Assembly (NCBI GenBank): GCA_902530985.1
Contig: CACACI010000001.1
Span: forward strand, 134,420 to 198,419
DNA: 64,000 nucleotides
Direction: 5' to 3'
Source of the DNA: an uncultured Alphaproteobacteria bacterium
Lineage (GTDB): Bacteria > Pseudomonadota > Alphaproteobacteria > Methylaequorales > Methylaequoraceae
This document shows, in pieces, positions 18,194 through 26,312 of the stretch. Within the stretch, counting starts at the first letter, position 1. Every line of letters starts with the position of its first letter. The position numbers were made by a program, and so were the translations under genes. Under the pieces are notes generated by a model. It did not search any database and was not told the DNA's origin. It was given only the letters and a program-made list of their open reading frames with translations.

Positions 18194-18982
18194 ATGAAAA
18201 TTAATTACATATCAAGACAATTAATTAGGTCAGCATCAAGAGGTTATCTATCAACTTTTTTTGATCCTAATACCTTCAAAATTAAGAAAATAAAATCAAA
18301 CAAATCATTTCCATACTCAACTTTCACCCTAACTGCATTTGATTACGACCTTTCTCCAATAATTCTATTATCCAATTTGTCAGAGCATACTACAAATGTT
18401 AATAATAACAATTTAGTTTCACTCATGCTTTGTGAAGAACAAAAGCTCTATAAATTTTTTCCAAAATTTAAAAATAGTAGCTTCAATTATGAAGACCCTA
18501 TGTCTAGACCAAGGATTACATTGATAGGAAATTTGAGAAAAACTAAAAATCAAAATCACAAAAAAAGATTCTTATTAAGGCATCCAACTGCTAAACTTTA
18601 CGCTGGATTTTCTGATATGAATTTTTTCAAACTTACTATAATCGGAGCTCATTTAATTGGAGGCTTTGCAAGCGTGAAATGGTTTTCAAAGAATGATTTA
18701 ATATGTAAAGGGTTTTTAAACTTTGAAAGTTCTGAGAGCAGTATTATATCTCATATGAATGAGTGTCACAAAGAATCTATAAATTTGTATGTTTCAAAGC
18801 TTTTTGAAGGCTCTTATTCTAAACTAAAAACTGAATGGAGTTTAGTTGGAATCGATCCTGAAGGTTTTGATTTAAGAAGAAAAGATAATTTAGCAAGATA
18901 TTTCTTTGAAAGACAAATTTTAGACGCTAAAAAACTACGCGGTGCTTTTGTTAGTCTTCACAAAAAAGCACTAAAGATTTAA
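18194..18982 (+). CDS. Pyridoxamine-5'-phosphate-oxidase-fold / HugZ-like protein with DUF2470-type C-terminus
   Basis: 262 aa. ARQLIRSASRGYLSTF resembles the N-terminus of HugZ-family proteins, and the C-terminal half has the form W.LVGIDPEGFDL. Function is uncertain. Confidence 0.6.
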   Translation: MKINYISRQLIRSASRGYLSTFFDPNTFKIKKIKSNKSFPYSTFTLTAFDYDLSPIILLSNLSEHTTNVNNNNLVSLMLCEEQKLYKFFPKFKNSSFNYEDPMSRPRITLIGNLRKTKNQNHKKRFLLRHPTAKLYAGFSDMNFFKLTIIGAHLIGGFASVKWFSKNDLICKGFLNFESSESSIISHMNECHKESINLYVSKLFEGSYSKLKTEWSLVGIDPEGFDLRRKDNLARYFFERQILDAKKLRGAFVSLHKKALKI

Positions 18983-21765
18983 TGCGCGTCTGCCCAGCTA
19001 TTTCCTACACCTACATCTACTTTAATAGGAACTTTCAAGGAAATAATTTTTTCATGCGAACGTGTCATTATCTTTGGAATCTGCTCTTTTATTATTTCAA
19101 CTTCCTCATTTGGTGATTCAAACAATAATTCATCATGTACTTGCAAAAGGATCTTTGTTTTTAGGTTCTGGTCCACTAAAAACTTATGTACTTTTGGCAT
19201 AGCTAGTTTAATCATATCTGCTGCCCCTCCTTGAATTGGAGCATTAATAGCAGATCTTTCAGCAAAATTTCTTCTTGTTGCAACACTATCTTTAATAAAT
19301 GGAATAAAAATTCTTCTTCCAAAAGGTGTGGTAACAAAACCATTAGACCTACATTCATTGATTGTATTTTTCATATATTCTTTTATTCCAGGATACTTAG
19401 TGAAATATTGATCCATATATGACTTAGCTTCTTTATTGGGTATTTCGAGCTGAACTGCCAATCCATATGCTGAGATACCGTATATTATCCCAAAATTTAT
19501 TATTTTAGCTTTTCTTCTTAATTCCTGATTTACATTTCCTTCTGACAATTGAAACACTTCCATTGCAGTTACTGTATGAATGTCATTGTTATTCTCAAAC
19601 GCAGAAATCAATGTTTTAATTTTTGCAACATGCGCTAGAATTCTTAATTCAATCTGAGAATAGTCTATCGATATTATACTATTTTCTTTATTGCTTATGA
19701 AAACTTTTCTAATTTCACGACCCTCAAATGTTTTAATTGGTATGTTTTGTAAATTTGGATCGTTAGAAGATAATCTTCCAGTTAGAGTACTTGCCATACC
19801 AAAGGAAGTATGAATTCTTTTTGTGTTGATATTTTCTCTTGAAAGCAATCCCTCACAGTAAGTATTTCTCAACTTCGAGAAATGCCTCCAATCTAACACT
19901 AAAGATGCAATTTTAAAATTTTCAGATTTTAATTTTTCTAGAATTTTAACATCAGTCTGATAGTTCCCACTTTTTCCTTTTTTGCCAAAAGGCAAATTTA
20001 ATTCATCAAACAAAACTTCTCCAAGTTGCTTTGGCGAACCAACATTAAATTTTTTATTGCATTTATCAAAAATTTTTTTTTCAATTACTAATATTTTTTT
20101 TGAAAATTCAGACGAAAGTTTTCTTAAATGAAGATTATCTATTTTACATCCAGAGATTTCCATCTCTGCTATAACTTCCACCAATGGTCTCTCAATAAAA
20201 AAATAAAAACTAAAGAGCTTGCTCTTTATCAAAAGTATTTTTAAAATTTCCCATAATCTAAAAGTTACGTCAGCATCTTCTGCTGCATAATCTTTAGCCT
20301 TATCTAAAGGCACTTCTGAGAATAAAACTTTCTTTTTATTGATTGATGTTACATCTGAGTATTTTATAGTTTCATGATTTAAATAATCCAAAGAGAGTTC
20401 ATCTAGTCCATGCCCCCTTTGCCCAGTTCGAAGCACATAAGACATTAACATAGTGTCATCCATATTTATAATTTTAATCCCAAGTTTTTTTAAAATAATG
20501 TAATCATATTTAATATTTTGCCCTATCTTTAATATTGAAACATCTTCAAGTATCTCTTTTATCAAATTTATAAAATCCTCAATCTTAATTTGTTTGTTGT
20601 TATTCGAGTGATTTAAAGGAATGTAGCAAGCTCTACTATTTTCTATCGACATTGAAAAACCAACAATTTTTGCTTCATTTGCATTAAGTGAAGTTGTTTC
20701 ACAATCAATAGAAACCACCCCAAAACTTTTCACTCTTTGAACCCAAATTTCTAAATCATTTTTATTTAAAATCAACTCATACAAACTTCTGTCAATTTTT
20801 TCTCTTTGAGGTATAAAGTAATCTTTACTTTGATCAGTGTTTTTCTCCATTTTCTGAACTTGGTTTCTTGAAATTTTTGGTTCACCAAATTTATTAATTA
20901 CAAAAGATTTTATTCTGTTGAATTCCATTTCATCAAGAAAGTTTATTAGTTTTTCTACTTGTAAAGGATTAAAACTCAATTTAGAAATTTCAGTAGGAAG
21001 TTCCACGTCATCCTTCAGTGTTACTAATTTCCTGGAAATTAGGAGTAAATCTTTATTTGAAATAATTGCTTCTCTTCTTTTTAGCTGTTTAACATTTGCA
21101 ACATTTTCCAATAAATTTTCAACATCACCAAATTCATTTATTAGGTGCGCTGCAGTTTTTGGTCCTATTCCTGGGACACCAGGGATATTATCAGATGTAT
21201 CACCTGCAAGTGCCTGAACTTCTATTACCTTTTCTGGCCCAACACCAAATTTCTCAATGACATTTTCTCTTGTAATTTCTTTTTTTTTCAAAGGATCAAT
21301 CATAGATGTTCCTTTGTTTAAAAGTTGCATCAAATCTTTATCAGAAGAAATAATTGTAACTCTTTTACCTTGGGTATTTGCTTTCTTTGCATAAGATGCG
21401 ATTAAATCATCTGCTTCAAAACCGACCGATTCTATAGATTCAAGATTAAATGCATTTGGTATTTTTTTTATAATATCAAATTGTGGTTTTAAATCATCTG
21501 GTGGATCCGATCTATTTGCTTTGTATTTAGAATATATGACGTTTCTAAAGGTTTTTCTTCCAGCATCAAATATTACTGCAATTGAAACATTTCCTCCTTT
21601 TTCTATTTGAATATCTTCAATGAGCTTTAATAACATATTAGTAAACCCAAATATTGCATTTACCGGTAATCCATCCGACCTAAACATTGGAGGGAGAGCA
21701 TAATATGCTCTAAATATGTACCCTGAACCATCAACAAGAACTAACTGATCATCTTTTAAACTCAT
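18979..21765 (-). CDS. polA: DNA polymerase I
   Basis: 928 aa. Contains the 5'-nuclease region (LVDGSGYIFRAYYA, GIGPKTA), the 3'-5' exonuclease region, and the polymerase motifs DYSQIELR, RRKAKIINFGIIYG and QVHDELLFE. Confidence 0.98.
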   Translation of the reverse strand: MSLKDDQLVLVDGSGYIFRAYYALPPMFRSDGLPVNAIFGFTNMLLKLIEDIQIEKGGNVSIAVIFDAGRKTFRNVIYSKYKANRSDPPDDLKPQFDIIKKIPNAFNLESIESVGFEADDLIASYAKKANTQGKRVTIISSDKDLMQLLNKGTSMIDPLKKKEITRENVIEKFGVGPEKVIEVQALAGDTSDNIPGVPGIGPKTAAHLINEFGDVENLLENVANVKQLKRREAIISNKDLLLISRKLVTLKDDVELPTEISKLSFNPLQVEKLINFLDEMEFNRIKSFVINKFGEPKISRNQVQKMEKNTDQSKDYFIPQREKIDRSLYELILNKNDLEIWVQRVKSFGVVSIDCETTSLNANEAKIVGFSMSIENSRACYIPLNHSNNNKQIKIEDFINLIKEILEDVSILKIGQNIKYDYIILKKLGIKIINMDDTMLMSYVLRTGQRGHGLDELSLDYLNHETIKYSDVTSINKKKVLFSEVPLDKAKDYAAEDADVTFRLWEILKILLIKSKLFSFYFFIERPLVEVIAEMEISGCKIDNLHLRKLSSEFSKKILVIEKKIFDKCNKKFNVGSPKQLGEVLFDELNLPFGKKGKSGNYQTDVKILEKLKSENFKIASLVLDWRHFSKLRNTYCEGLLSRENINTKRIHTSFGMASTLTGRLSSNDPNLQNIPIKTFEGREIRKVFISNKENSIISIDYSQIELRILAHVAKIKTLISAFENNNDIHTVTAMEVFQLSEGNVNQELRRKAKIINFGIIYGISAYGLAVQLEIPNKEAKSYMDQYFTKYPGIKEYMKNTINECRSNGFVTTPFGRRIFIPFIKDSVATRRNFAERSAINAPIQGGAADMIKLAMPKVHKFLVDQNLKTKILLQVHDELLFESPNEEVEIIKEQIPKIMTRSHEKIISLKVPIKVDVGVGNSWADAH

Positions 21766-21926
21766 TTTCTTTTTTGGAATTTTAAACTACAATATGGGCA
21801 AACAACTACTTCACCTGATGATAAATCAAGATAAACTAGCGGATGGGACTGCGTCCAACCATCCCCGCTACAACTTACAGAATCATTGTCTATATATTTT
21901 AATTCTATTTGAAAATTTGTATTCAT
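21762..21926 (-). CDS. Small zinc-finger protein (zf-CHCC type), absent from the ORF track
   Basis: Hand translation gives MNTNFQIELKYIDNDSVSCSGDGWTQSHPLVYLDLSSGEVVVCPYCSLKFQKRK*. The C..G...HP.VYL......CPYC pattern fits this family. Its TGA overlaps the polA ATG (ATGA). Confidence 0.8.
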   Translation of the reverse strand: MNTNFQIELKYIDNDSVSCSGDGWTQSHPLVYLDLSSGEVVVCPYCSLKFQKRK

Positions 21927-21978
21927 GAGACTAAAGTTCAAAAAATACCATATATTTGTTTTTTAACACATATATATA

Positions 21979-22902
21979 TTGATAATTATGAAAAAAAAAA
22001 TAATCAAAGTAAAAAATCTTACTAAGCAATACAAAGGCGATTCAAAGTATGCTCTTGATCACATTGATTTAGAAATCAGTCAAGGATCTATTTTTGGATT
22101 ATTGGGGCCAAATGGAGCCGGGAAGAGTACTTTTATTAACATTTTAGCAGGATTAGTTAATAAAGACGCTGGTAGTGTCTATGTTTGTGGAATTGACTTA
22201 GATATTGATCCTAAGACTGTTAGAGGTAACCTTGGGATTGTTCCTCAAGAAATAATTATAGACCCATTTTTCACCCCAATGGAAATAATGAACATTCAAG
22301 CAGGCATGTATGCTGTAAAAAAAAAAAATATTAGAAATGCAGAAATTCTAAAAAAACTTGGTCTTGGAGATAAAGCAAATGCATATGCTAGAAGTTTATC
22401 TGGAGGAATGAAAAGAAGACTAATGGTAGCAAAAGCTATGGTTCATAATCCACCAGTACTAATTCTTGATGAACCAACAGCTGGAGTCGATGTGGATCTC
22501 AGATCAAGATTATGGGAATCAATTAAAAATTTAAATAAGAAAGGTATAACAATCATACTCACAACTCATTACCTGAAAGAAGCAGAATTACTATGTGACG
22601 AGATTGCAGTTATAAATAAAGGAAAGGTTATAGCTAAGGACTCAAAAGTTAATTTATTAAAAATATTAGACGAGAAAGAGATTAAAATCGAATTTTCAGA
22701 AAAAATTTCAGAAATACCAAAAAAAATTAAACCCTTTTGCGTAGATAAAAAAAATAAAACTGTAACACTTAAGTTCAGAAAAAGTCAGATAAACACAGCT
22801 GATTTGGTTAAAGAATTTGTTGATAAAAAATTTGAATTAAGAGATATAACTACAAAAGAATCAGATTTAGAGGATATATTTATAAAATTACTAAAAAATT
22901 AA
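21979..22902 (+). CDS. ABC transporter ATP-binding protein (ABC-2/drug-exporter-like ATPase)
   Basis: 307 aa. Motifs: GLLGPNGAGKST (Walker A), LSGGMKRRL (signature), LILDEPTAGVD (Walker B). The likely true start is the ATG at 21988. Confidence 0.9.
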   Translation: MIIMKKKIIKVKNLTKQYKGDSKYALDHIDLEISQGSIFGLLGPNGAGKSTFINILAGLVNKDAGSVYVCGIDLDIDPKTVRGNLGIVPQEIIIDPFFTPMEIMNIQAGMYAVKKKNIRNAEILKKLGLGDKANAYARSLSGGMKRRLMVAKAMVHNPPVLILDEPTAGVDVDLRSRLWESIKNLNKKGITIILTTHYLKEAELLCDEIAVINKGKVIAKDSKVNLLKILDEKEIKIEFSEKISEIPKKIKPFCVDKKNKTVTLKFRKSQINTADLVKEFVDKKFELRDITTKESDLEDIFIKLLKN

Positions 22903-22991
22903 ATTTTCTAATTTTTGTTTTTTTTGTAAGTTCTTGTACGCTGAATATAAATAAACAAAAACAAAAAAATAATGCTAATTATAATGATCAT

Positions 22992-23876
22992 TTGTTCCAT
23001 TATATGAATTGGAATTCTAAAAAAAATGGTTCAAATCTTGTATTGGCAATTCATGGGTATAATGATTACTCAAATGCCTTTGAGATACCAGGTAATTATT
23101 TTTCAGATTACAATATTCAAACTATTGCTTTTGATTTAAGAGGGTTTGGTAGGAATAAGGAAAAAGGTACCTGGTTTAATATAGATTTCCATATATATGA
23201 CATAATATTTAATTTGAAAAAATTAAAAAGAGATAATCCAAATAATAAGATTTACCTTTTAGGGGAAAGTATGGGTGGAGCAATAATATCTAGTTTGATA
23301 AGTAAAAACCATCAATTACCTATCGAGGGTGTAATATTAGTTGCACCGGCAATATGGAATTTTTCAGAAACAAATTTCTGGAAGAGTCTTCCATTAAGAT
23401 TTTTTTCGAAAATTTTTCCACATTTAAAAGTTAGCGGTAAGGGTATAATTAAAGTTAGAGCTAGTGATAATAATAAGATGTTAAAAAGGTTATCCGAAGA
23501 TAAACTATTTATACATGAACCAACATTAAGGAGTCTTCAGGGAATAGTAGATTTAATGGATGAATCATTTATTGATTTTAAAGAATATTTAAAAGAACCA
23601 ATTTATGATACTTTAATACTAATTCCTATAAGAGATGAGATTGTTCCAAGAAAACCAATCATCCAAATTTTGAGAGAAAATAAAATAAAAAAAAATATCA
23701 ATTTCAGTGTATATGAAGATAGTTTTCATATGATGTTAAGAGATGTTAATGGAGATAGAGTCTCTAACGAAATAAAAAACTGGATTTACAATAAAAACTC
23801 ACTAAGAAACAATTATTCATTTAAAGATATTCTTGATAAATTAGAGAAAAGTCCATTTTATCATAAGCTTGATTAA
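22992..23876 (+). CDS. Alpha/beta hydrolase, lysophospholipase/monoacylglycerol-lipase family
   Basis: 294 aa from the TTG start. Motifs: LAIHGYNDYS, DLRGFG, and the nucleophile elbow LLGESMGG. The frame is open upstream to 22836 and encodes a lipoprotein-type signal peptide (see findings). Confidence 0.85.
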   Translation: MFHYMNWNSKKNGSNLVLAIHGYNDYSNAFEIPGNYFSDYNIQTIAFDLRGFGRNKEKGTWFNIDFHIYDIIFNLKKLKRDNPNNKIYLLGESMGGAIISSLISKNHQLPIEGVILVAPAIWNFSETNFWKSLPLRFFSKIFPHLKVSGKGIIKVRASDNNKMLKRLSEDKLFIHEPTLRSLQGIVDLMDESFIDFKEYLKEPIYDTLILIPIRDEIVPRKPIIQILRENKIKKNINFSVYEDSFHMMLRDVNGDRVSNEIKNWIYNKNSLRNNYSFKDILDKLEKSPFYHKLD

Positions 23877-24064
23877 TGAAAAAAGAAATTATATTAGTTG
23901 TTGGCTCAAGTTCTTGGTGGAAAAATATCAAATATAGAAAAGAAGCGGCCTTGAAACTTAGAAATTTGAAGAAGCTTTGGAGATTTTTAGATAAAAAAAA
24001 TCTCTCAACAAACAATGATTCCATTGACACAAAAATATATAAAAAATATTATTTTTATAAATGA
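23876..24064 (+). CDS. Hypothetical basic micro-protein (62 aa)
   Basis: TAATG junction with the hydrolase stop. No recognisable motif. An antisense ORF (23821..24030) competes for the same interval. Confidence 0.4.
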   Translation: MKKEIILVVGSSSWWKNIKYRKEAALKLRNLKKLWRFLDKKNLSTNNDSIDTKIYKKYYFYK

Positions 24065-24309
24065 TTAGAATCCTATTTATTATTGTTTTATTTTTTCATG
24101 CATTTGTATATTCCGATGAAATTATTCGCGATGACAATGGAAACTATTTTCTTATGAAAAAAGACGGGACATTTCAAAAACTACCAGCACCTAAACCAGG
24201 GCATAAATATGTTATTAAGAAAAGAACTATTGAGAAAAAGATTCTCAATGACAAGTTTGAAGTTCCAAAAAAGAAGGCTCGAACAAGAACTAATCAAGGT
24301 TTTAGATAA
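24061..24309 (+). CDS. Hypothetical small secreted basic protein (82 aa)
   Basis: Signal-peptide-like N-terminus MIRILFIIVLFFHAFVYS/DE. Its start overlaps the stop of the upstream micro-ORF. Confidence 0.5.
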   Translation: MIRILFIIVLFFHAFVYSDEIIRDDNGNYFLMKKDGTFQKLPAPKPGHKYVIKKRTIEKKILNDKFEVPKKKARTRTNQGFR

Positions 24310-24311
24310 AT

Positions 24312-24530
24312 ATGAATAATGATAACAAAAATTTTATATGGGATTTAATCCAAAAGCGAGGGGATTATCTCAAAAATAAATTAAAACCCCACCCACATCA
24401 CCCTCAAGGCAGAAATCCTTATGCTCATATTTGCTCACTTATAAATCAAAGATTTAAATGCTCTTATAAAGAAGTTCCAGACAAAAATATAGAACAGTTG
24501 AAAAAGTTTATTTTAAATATCAAGGAATAA
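24312..24530 (+). CDS. Hypothetical His/Pro-rich micro-protein (72 aa)
   Basis: Begins 2 nt after the previous stop. Contains KPHPHHPQGRNPYAHICSLINQRFKCSY. I recognise no family. Confidence 0.45.
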   Translation: MNNDNKNFIWDLIQKRGDYLKNKLKPHPHHPQGRNPYAHICSLINQRFKCSYKEVPDKNIEQLKKFILNIKE

Positions 24531-24534
24531 AGGG

Positions 24535-24602
24535 TTGAATTGGGAAGATCTCTTTACATTAAGGGAGGAAATATTATACTTTTAGATCTTCCCGCAATTC
24601 AA
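24535..24602 (+). promoter_or_regulatory. Long imperfect hairpin (7 bp + 2-nt bulge + 10 bp, 32-nt loop) in the POT permease leader
   Basis: TTGAATT GGGAAGATCT (24535-24551) pairs with AGATCTTCCC gc AATTCAA (24584-24602). The segment is locally GC-enriched compared with its surroundings. A second 5-bp hairpin, TCTGA/TCAGA, lies at 24606-24621. Confidence 0.5.
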
Positions 24603-24645
24603 ATTTCTGACACTTATCAGACTTGACAATAAATATGCAATTAAT

Positions 24646-25962
24646 ATGCCACTAAGCACATTACTCAAAGATAAAAAAATTTTATCAAATCATCCTGATG
24701 GATTAGTAACGCTTTTTTTTACAGAATTATGGGAAAGGTTTAGTTATTATGGGATGCGGGCAATACTTGTTTTGTACCTAGTTTCCGAAACTAATTCATC
24801 TAACCCTGGTTTGGGGTGGACGAATTCTGAAGCTATAAGTCTTTATGGTTGGTACACAGCCCTTGTATATCTATCCTGCATTCCTGGAGGAATAATAGCT
24901 GATAAATATTTATCAAGCCAAAAAGCAGTTATTTGGGGTGGTGTTTTGCTTTGTTTTGGCCATTTATCATTAGCAATCCAAAATCTTTCCTTTTTTTATG
25001 GAGGTCTACTTCTTATTATTGTTGGGGTTGGTCTTCTTAAACCAAGTATTTCAACTCTTGTCGGTTCTTTATATTCAGCAAATGATATTAAAAGAGACCA
25101 AGGATTCACAATATTTTATATCGGCATTAATATAGGGGCATTTTTGGCTAGTCTTATAGTGGGATATGTGGGCGAAGTCTTTGGTTGGCATTACGGATTC
25201 TCTCTAGCTGGAATAGGAATGATAATAGGGCAGATATTTTTTCTTTTTGGAAGGAAGAAATTCAATAATGTGAAAAAAAAAATTTTAGTTTCTCATAAAA
25301 ATTTGAATAATATTGAAATTGATAGATTAAAACTTATTGCTCTTGCTAGTTTTATTCTAATTGTCTTCTGGGCATCTTTTGAGCAAGCTGGAGGACTTAT
25401 GAATATTTTTGCCTATCAAAAAACAGATAGATTAATTGATATAATTGATTTTCAAGTTCCTGCAAGTTGGTTCCAATCAATAAACCCATTGATGATCATG
25501 ATACTGGGGTTTTATGTTTCAACATTTTGGTATTTTCTTGAAAAAAAAAGAATAGTTAATTCTTCAATCTTTAAGATTGCAATCGGAATCATTATTATGG
25601 GACTTGGCTTTATCTTCATGTTCTTTGCATCTTTACAGTTTGAAATAGATGGAAAGTCCTCTATGTATTGGCTAGTTCTTGCATATTTATTTCATACGTT
25701 AGGAGAATTATGTGCATCACCAGTAATATTATCTTATATTACAAAATTATCTCCTCAAAGACTTGTATCTTCTGTAATGGGAATTTATTTTGCTGCTATA
25801 GGAATTGGAAATAAAATAGCTGGGTTAATAGGACAATATTCAGAAAAGTTAGGAGAGCAATATATTTTCCTTGGTATTACAATGATATGTGCTTCTGTGG
25901 GAATTATTGTTATATTATTTAATAAAAAACTTTCAAAATTATCTCACGGTATTGATAATTGA
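24646..25962 (+). CDS. Proton-dependent oligopeptide transporter (POT/PTR2 family, DtpT-like)
   Basis: 438 aa and polytopic. Contains the PTR2 signature LFFTELWERFSYYGMRAILVLYL and FYIGINIGAF. Confidence 0.9.
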   Translation: MPLSTLLKDKKILSNHPDGLVTLFFTELWERFSYYGMRAILVLYLVSETNSSNPGLGWTNSEAISLYGWYTALVYLSCIPGGIIADKYLSSQKAVIWGGVLLCFGHLSLAIQNLSFFYGGLLLIIVGVGLLKPSISTLVGSLYSANDIKRDQGFTIFYIGINIGAFLASLIVGYVGEVFGWHYGFSLAGIGMIIGQIFFLFGRKKFNNVKKKILVSHKNLNNIEIDRLKLIALASFILIVFWASFEQAGGLMNIFAYQKTDRLIDIIDFQVPASWFQSINPLMIMILGFYVSTFWYFLEKKRIVNSSIFKIAIGIIIMGLGFIFMFFASLQFEIDGKSSMYWLVLAYLFHTLGELCASPVILSYITKLSPQRLVSSVMGIYFAAIGIGNKIAGLIGQYSEKLGEQYIFLGITMICASVGIIVILFNKKLSKLSHGIDN

Positions 25963-25969
25963 TAAATTA

Positions 25970-26046
25970 GCGCCCGTAGCTCAACTGGATAGAGCATTTG
26001 ATTTCGGCTCAAAAGGCTAAGGGTTCGAATCCTTTCGGGCGCACCA
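25970..26046 (+). tRNA. tRNA-Arg (anticodon TCG), CCA encoded
   Basis: Manual cloverleaf: acceptor GCGCCCG/CGGGCGC; D arm GCTC-AACTGGATA-GAGC; anticodon stem TTTGA/TCAAA with loop TT-TCG-GC; T arm AAGGG-TTCGAAT-CCTTT; discriminator A followed by CCA. Confidence 0.9.
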
Positions 26047-26099
26047 CAAACTTAAATTAATATTTGACTACATACATATATTTCCTATTTAATTTTTTA

Positions 26100-26309
26100 A
26101 TGAAAACAATTTTAAAAAGTAATGACGTAGTATACATAAGTTGGGTTAAAAACTTGCTAGTGTCCAACTCCATAAGTTTTTATGTAATGGATGAAGAAAT
26201 GTCCATAACAGAAGGAAATATCTCGGCAATTCCAGTAAGAATATTAGTAAATTCTGATGATGTCACTAAAGCAACAGAAATCATTGATCAAGCTAAGCAA
26301 GAACTATAA
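26100..26309 (+). CDS. DUF2007-like small protein (putative signal-transducing fold)
   Basis: The ATG at 26100 gives MKTILKSNDVVYISWVKNLLVSNSISFYVMDEEMS..., matching the DUF2007 pattern. The track's longer TTG start at 26064 is less likely. Confidence 0.6.
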   Translation: MKTILKSNDVVYISWVKNLLVSNSISFYVMDEEMSITEGNISAIPVRILVNSDDVTKATEIIDQAKQEL

Positions 26310-26312
26310 TCA

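Noticed and set aside
22903-22990. Minus-strand 27-aa hydrophobic peptide (MIIIISIIFLFLFIYIQRTRTYKKNKN) in the ABC/hydrolase spacer
   Set aside because: It is the antisense mirror of the plus-strand signal-peptide-like sequence that is in frame with the hydrolase. The plus-strand reading, with its lipobox and continuity with a real gene, is the more parsimonious explanation.
24623-24651. A perfect TTGACA hexamer upstream of the POT permease, considered as a -35 promoter element
   Set aside because: With 17-nt spacing the -10 position falls on the ATG itself (ATGCCA). The only TA-rich hexamer (TTAATA) is just 11 nt away. The geometry does not support a sigma-70 promoter, so I did not call one.
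25963-26100. tRNA-Arg as an integration site for a genomic island, considering the micro-ORFs and POT upstream and the DUF2007/DUF45 genes downstream
   Set aside because: There is no integrase or recombinase, no direct repeat of the tRNA 3' end that I could find in the flanks, and no compositional break visible by eye. The flanking genes are ordinary small housekeeping-type genes.
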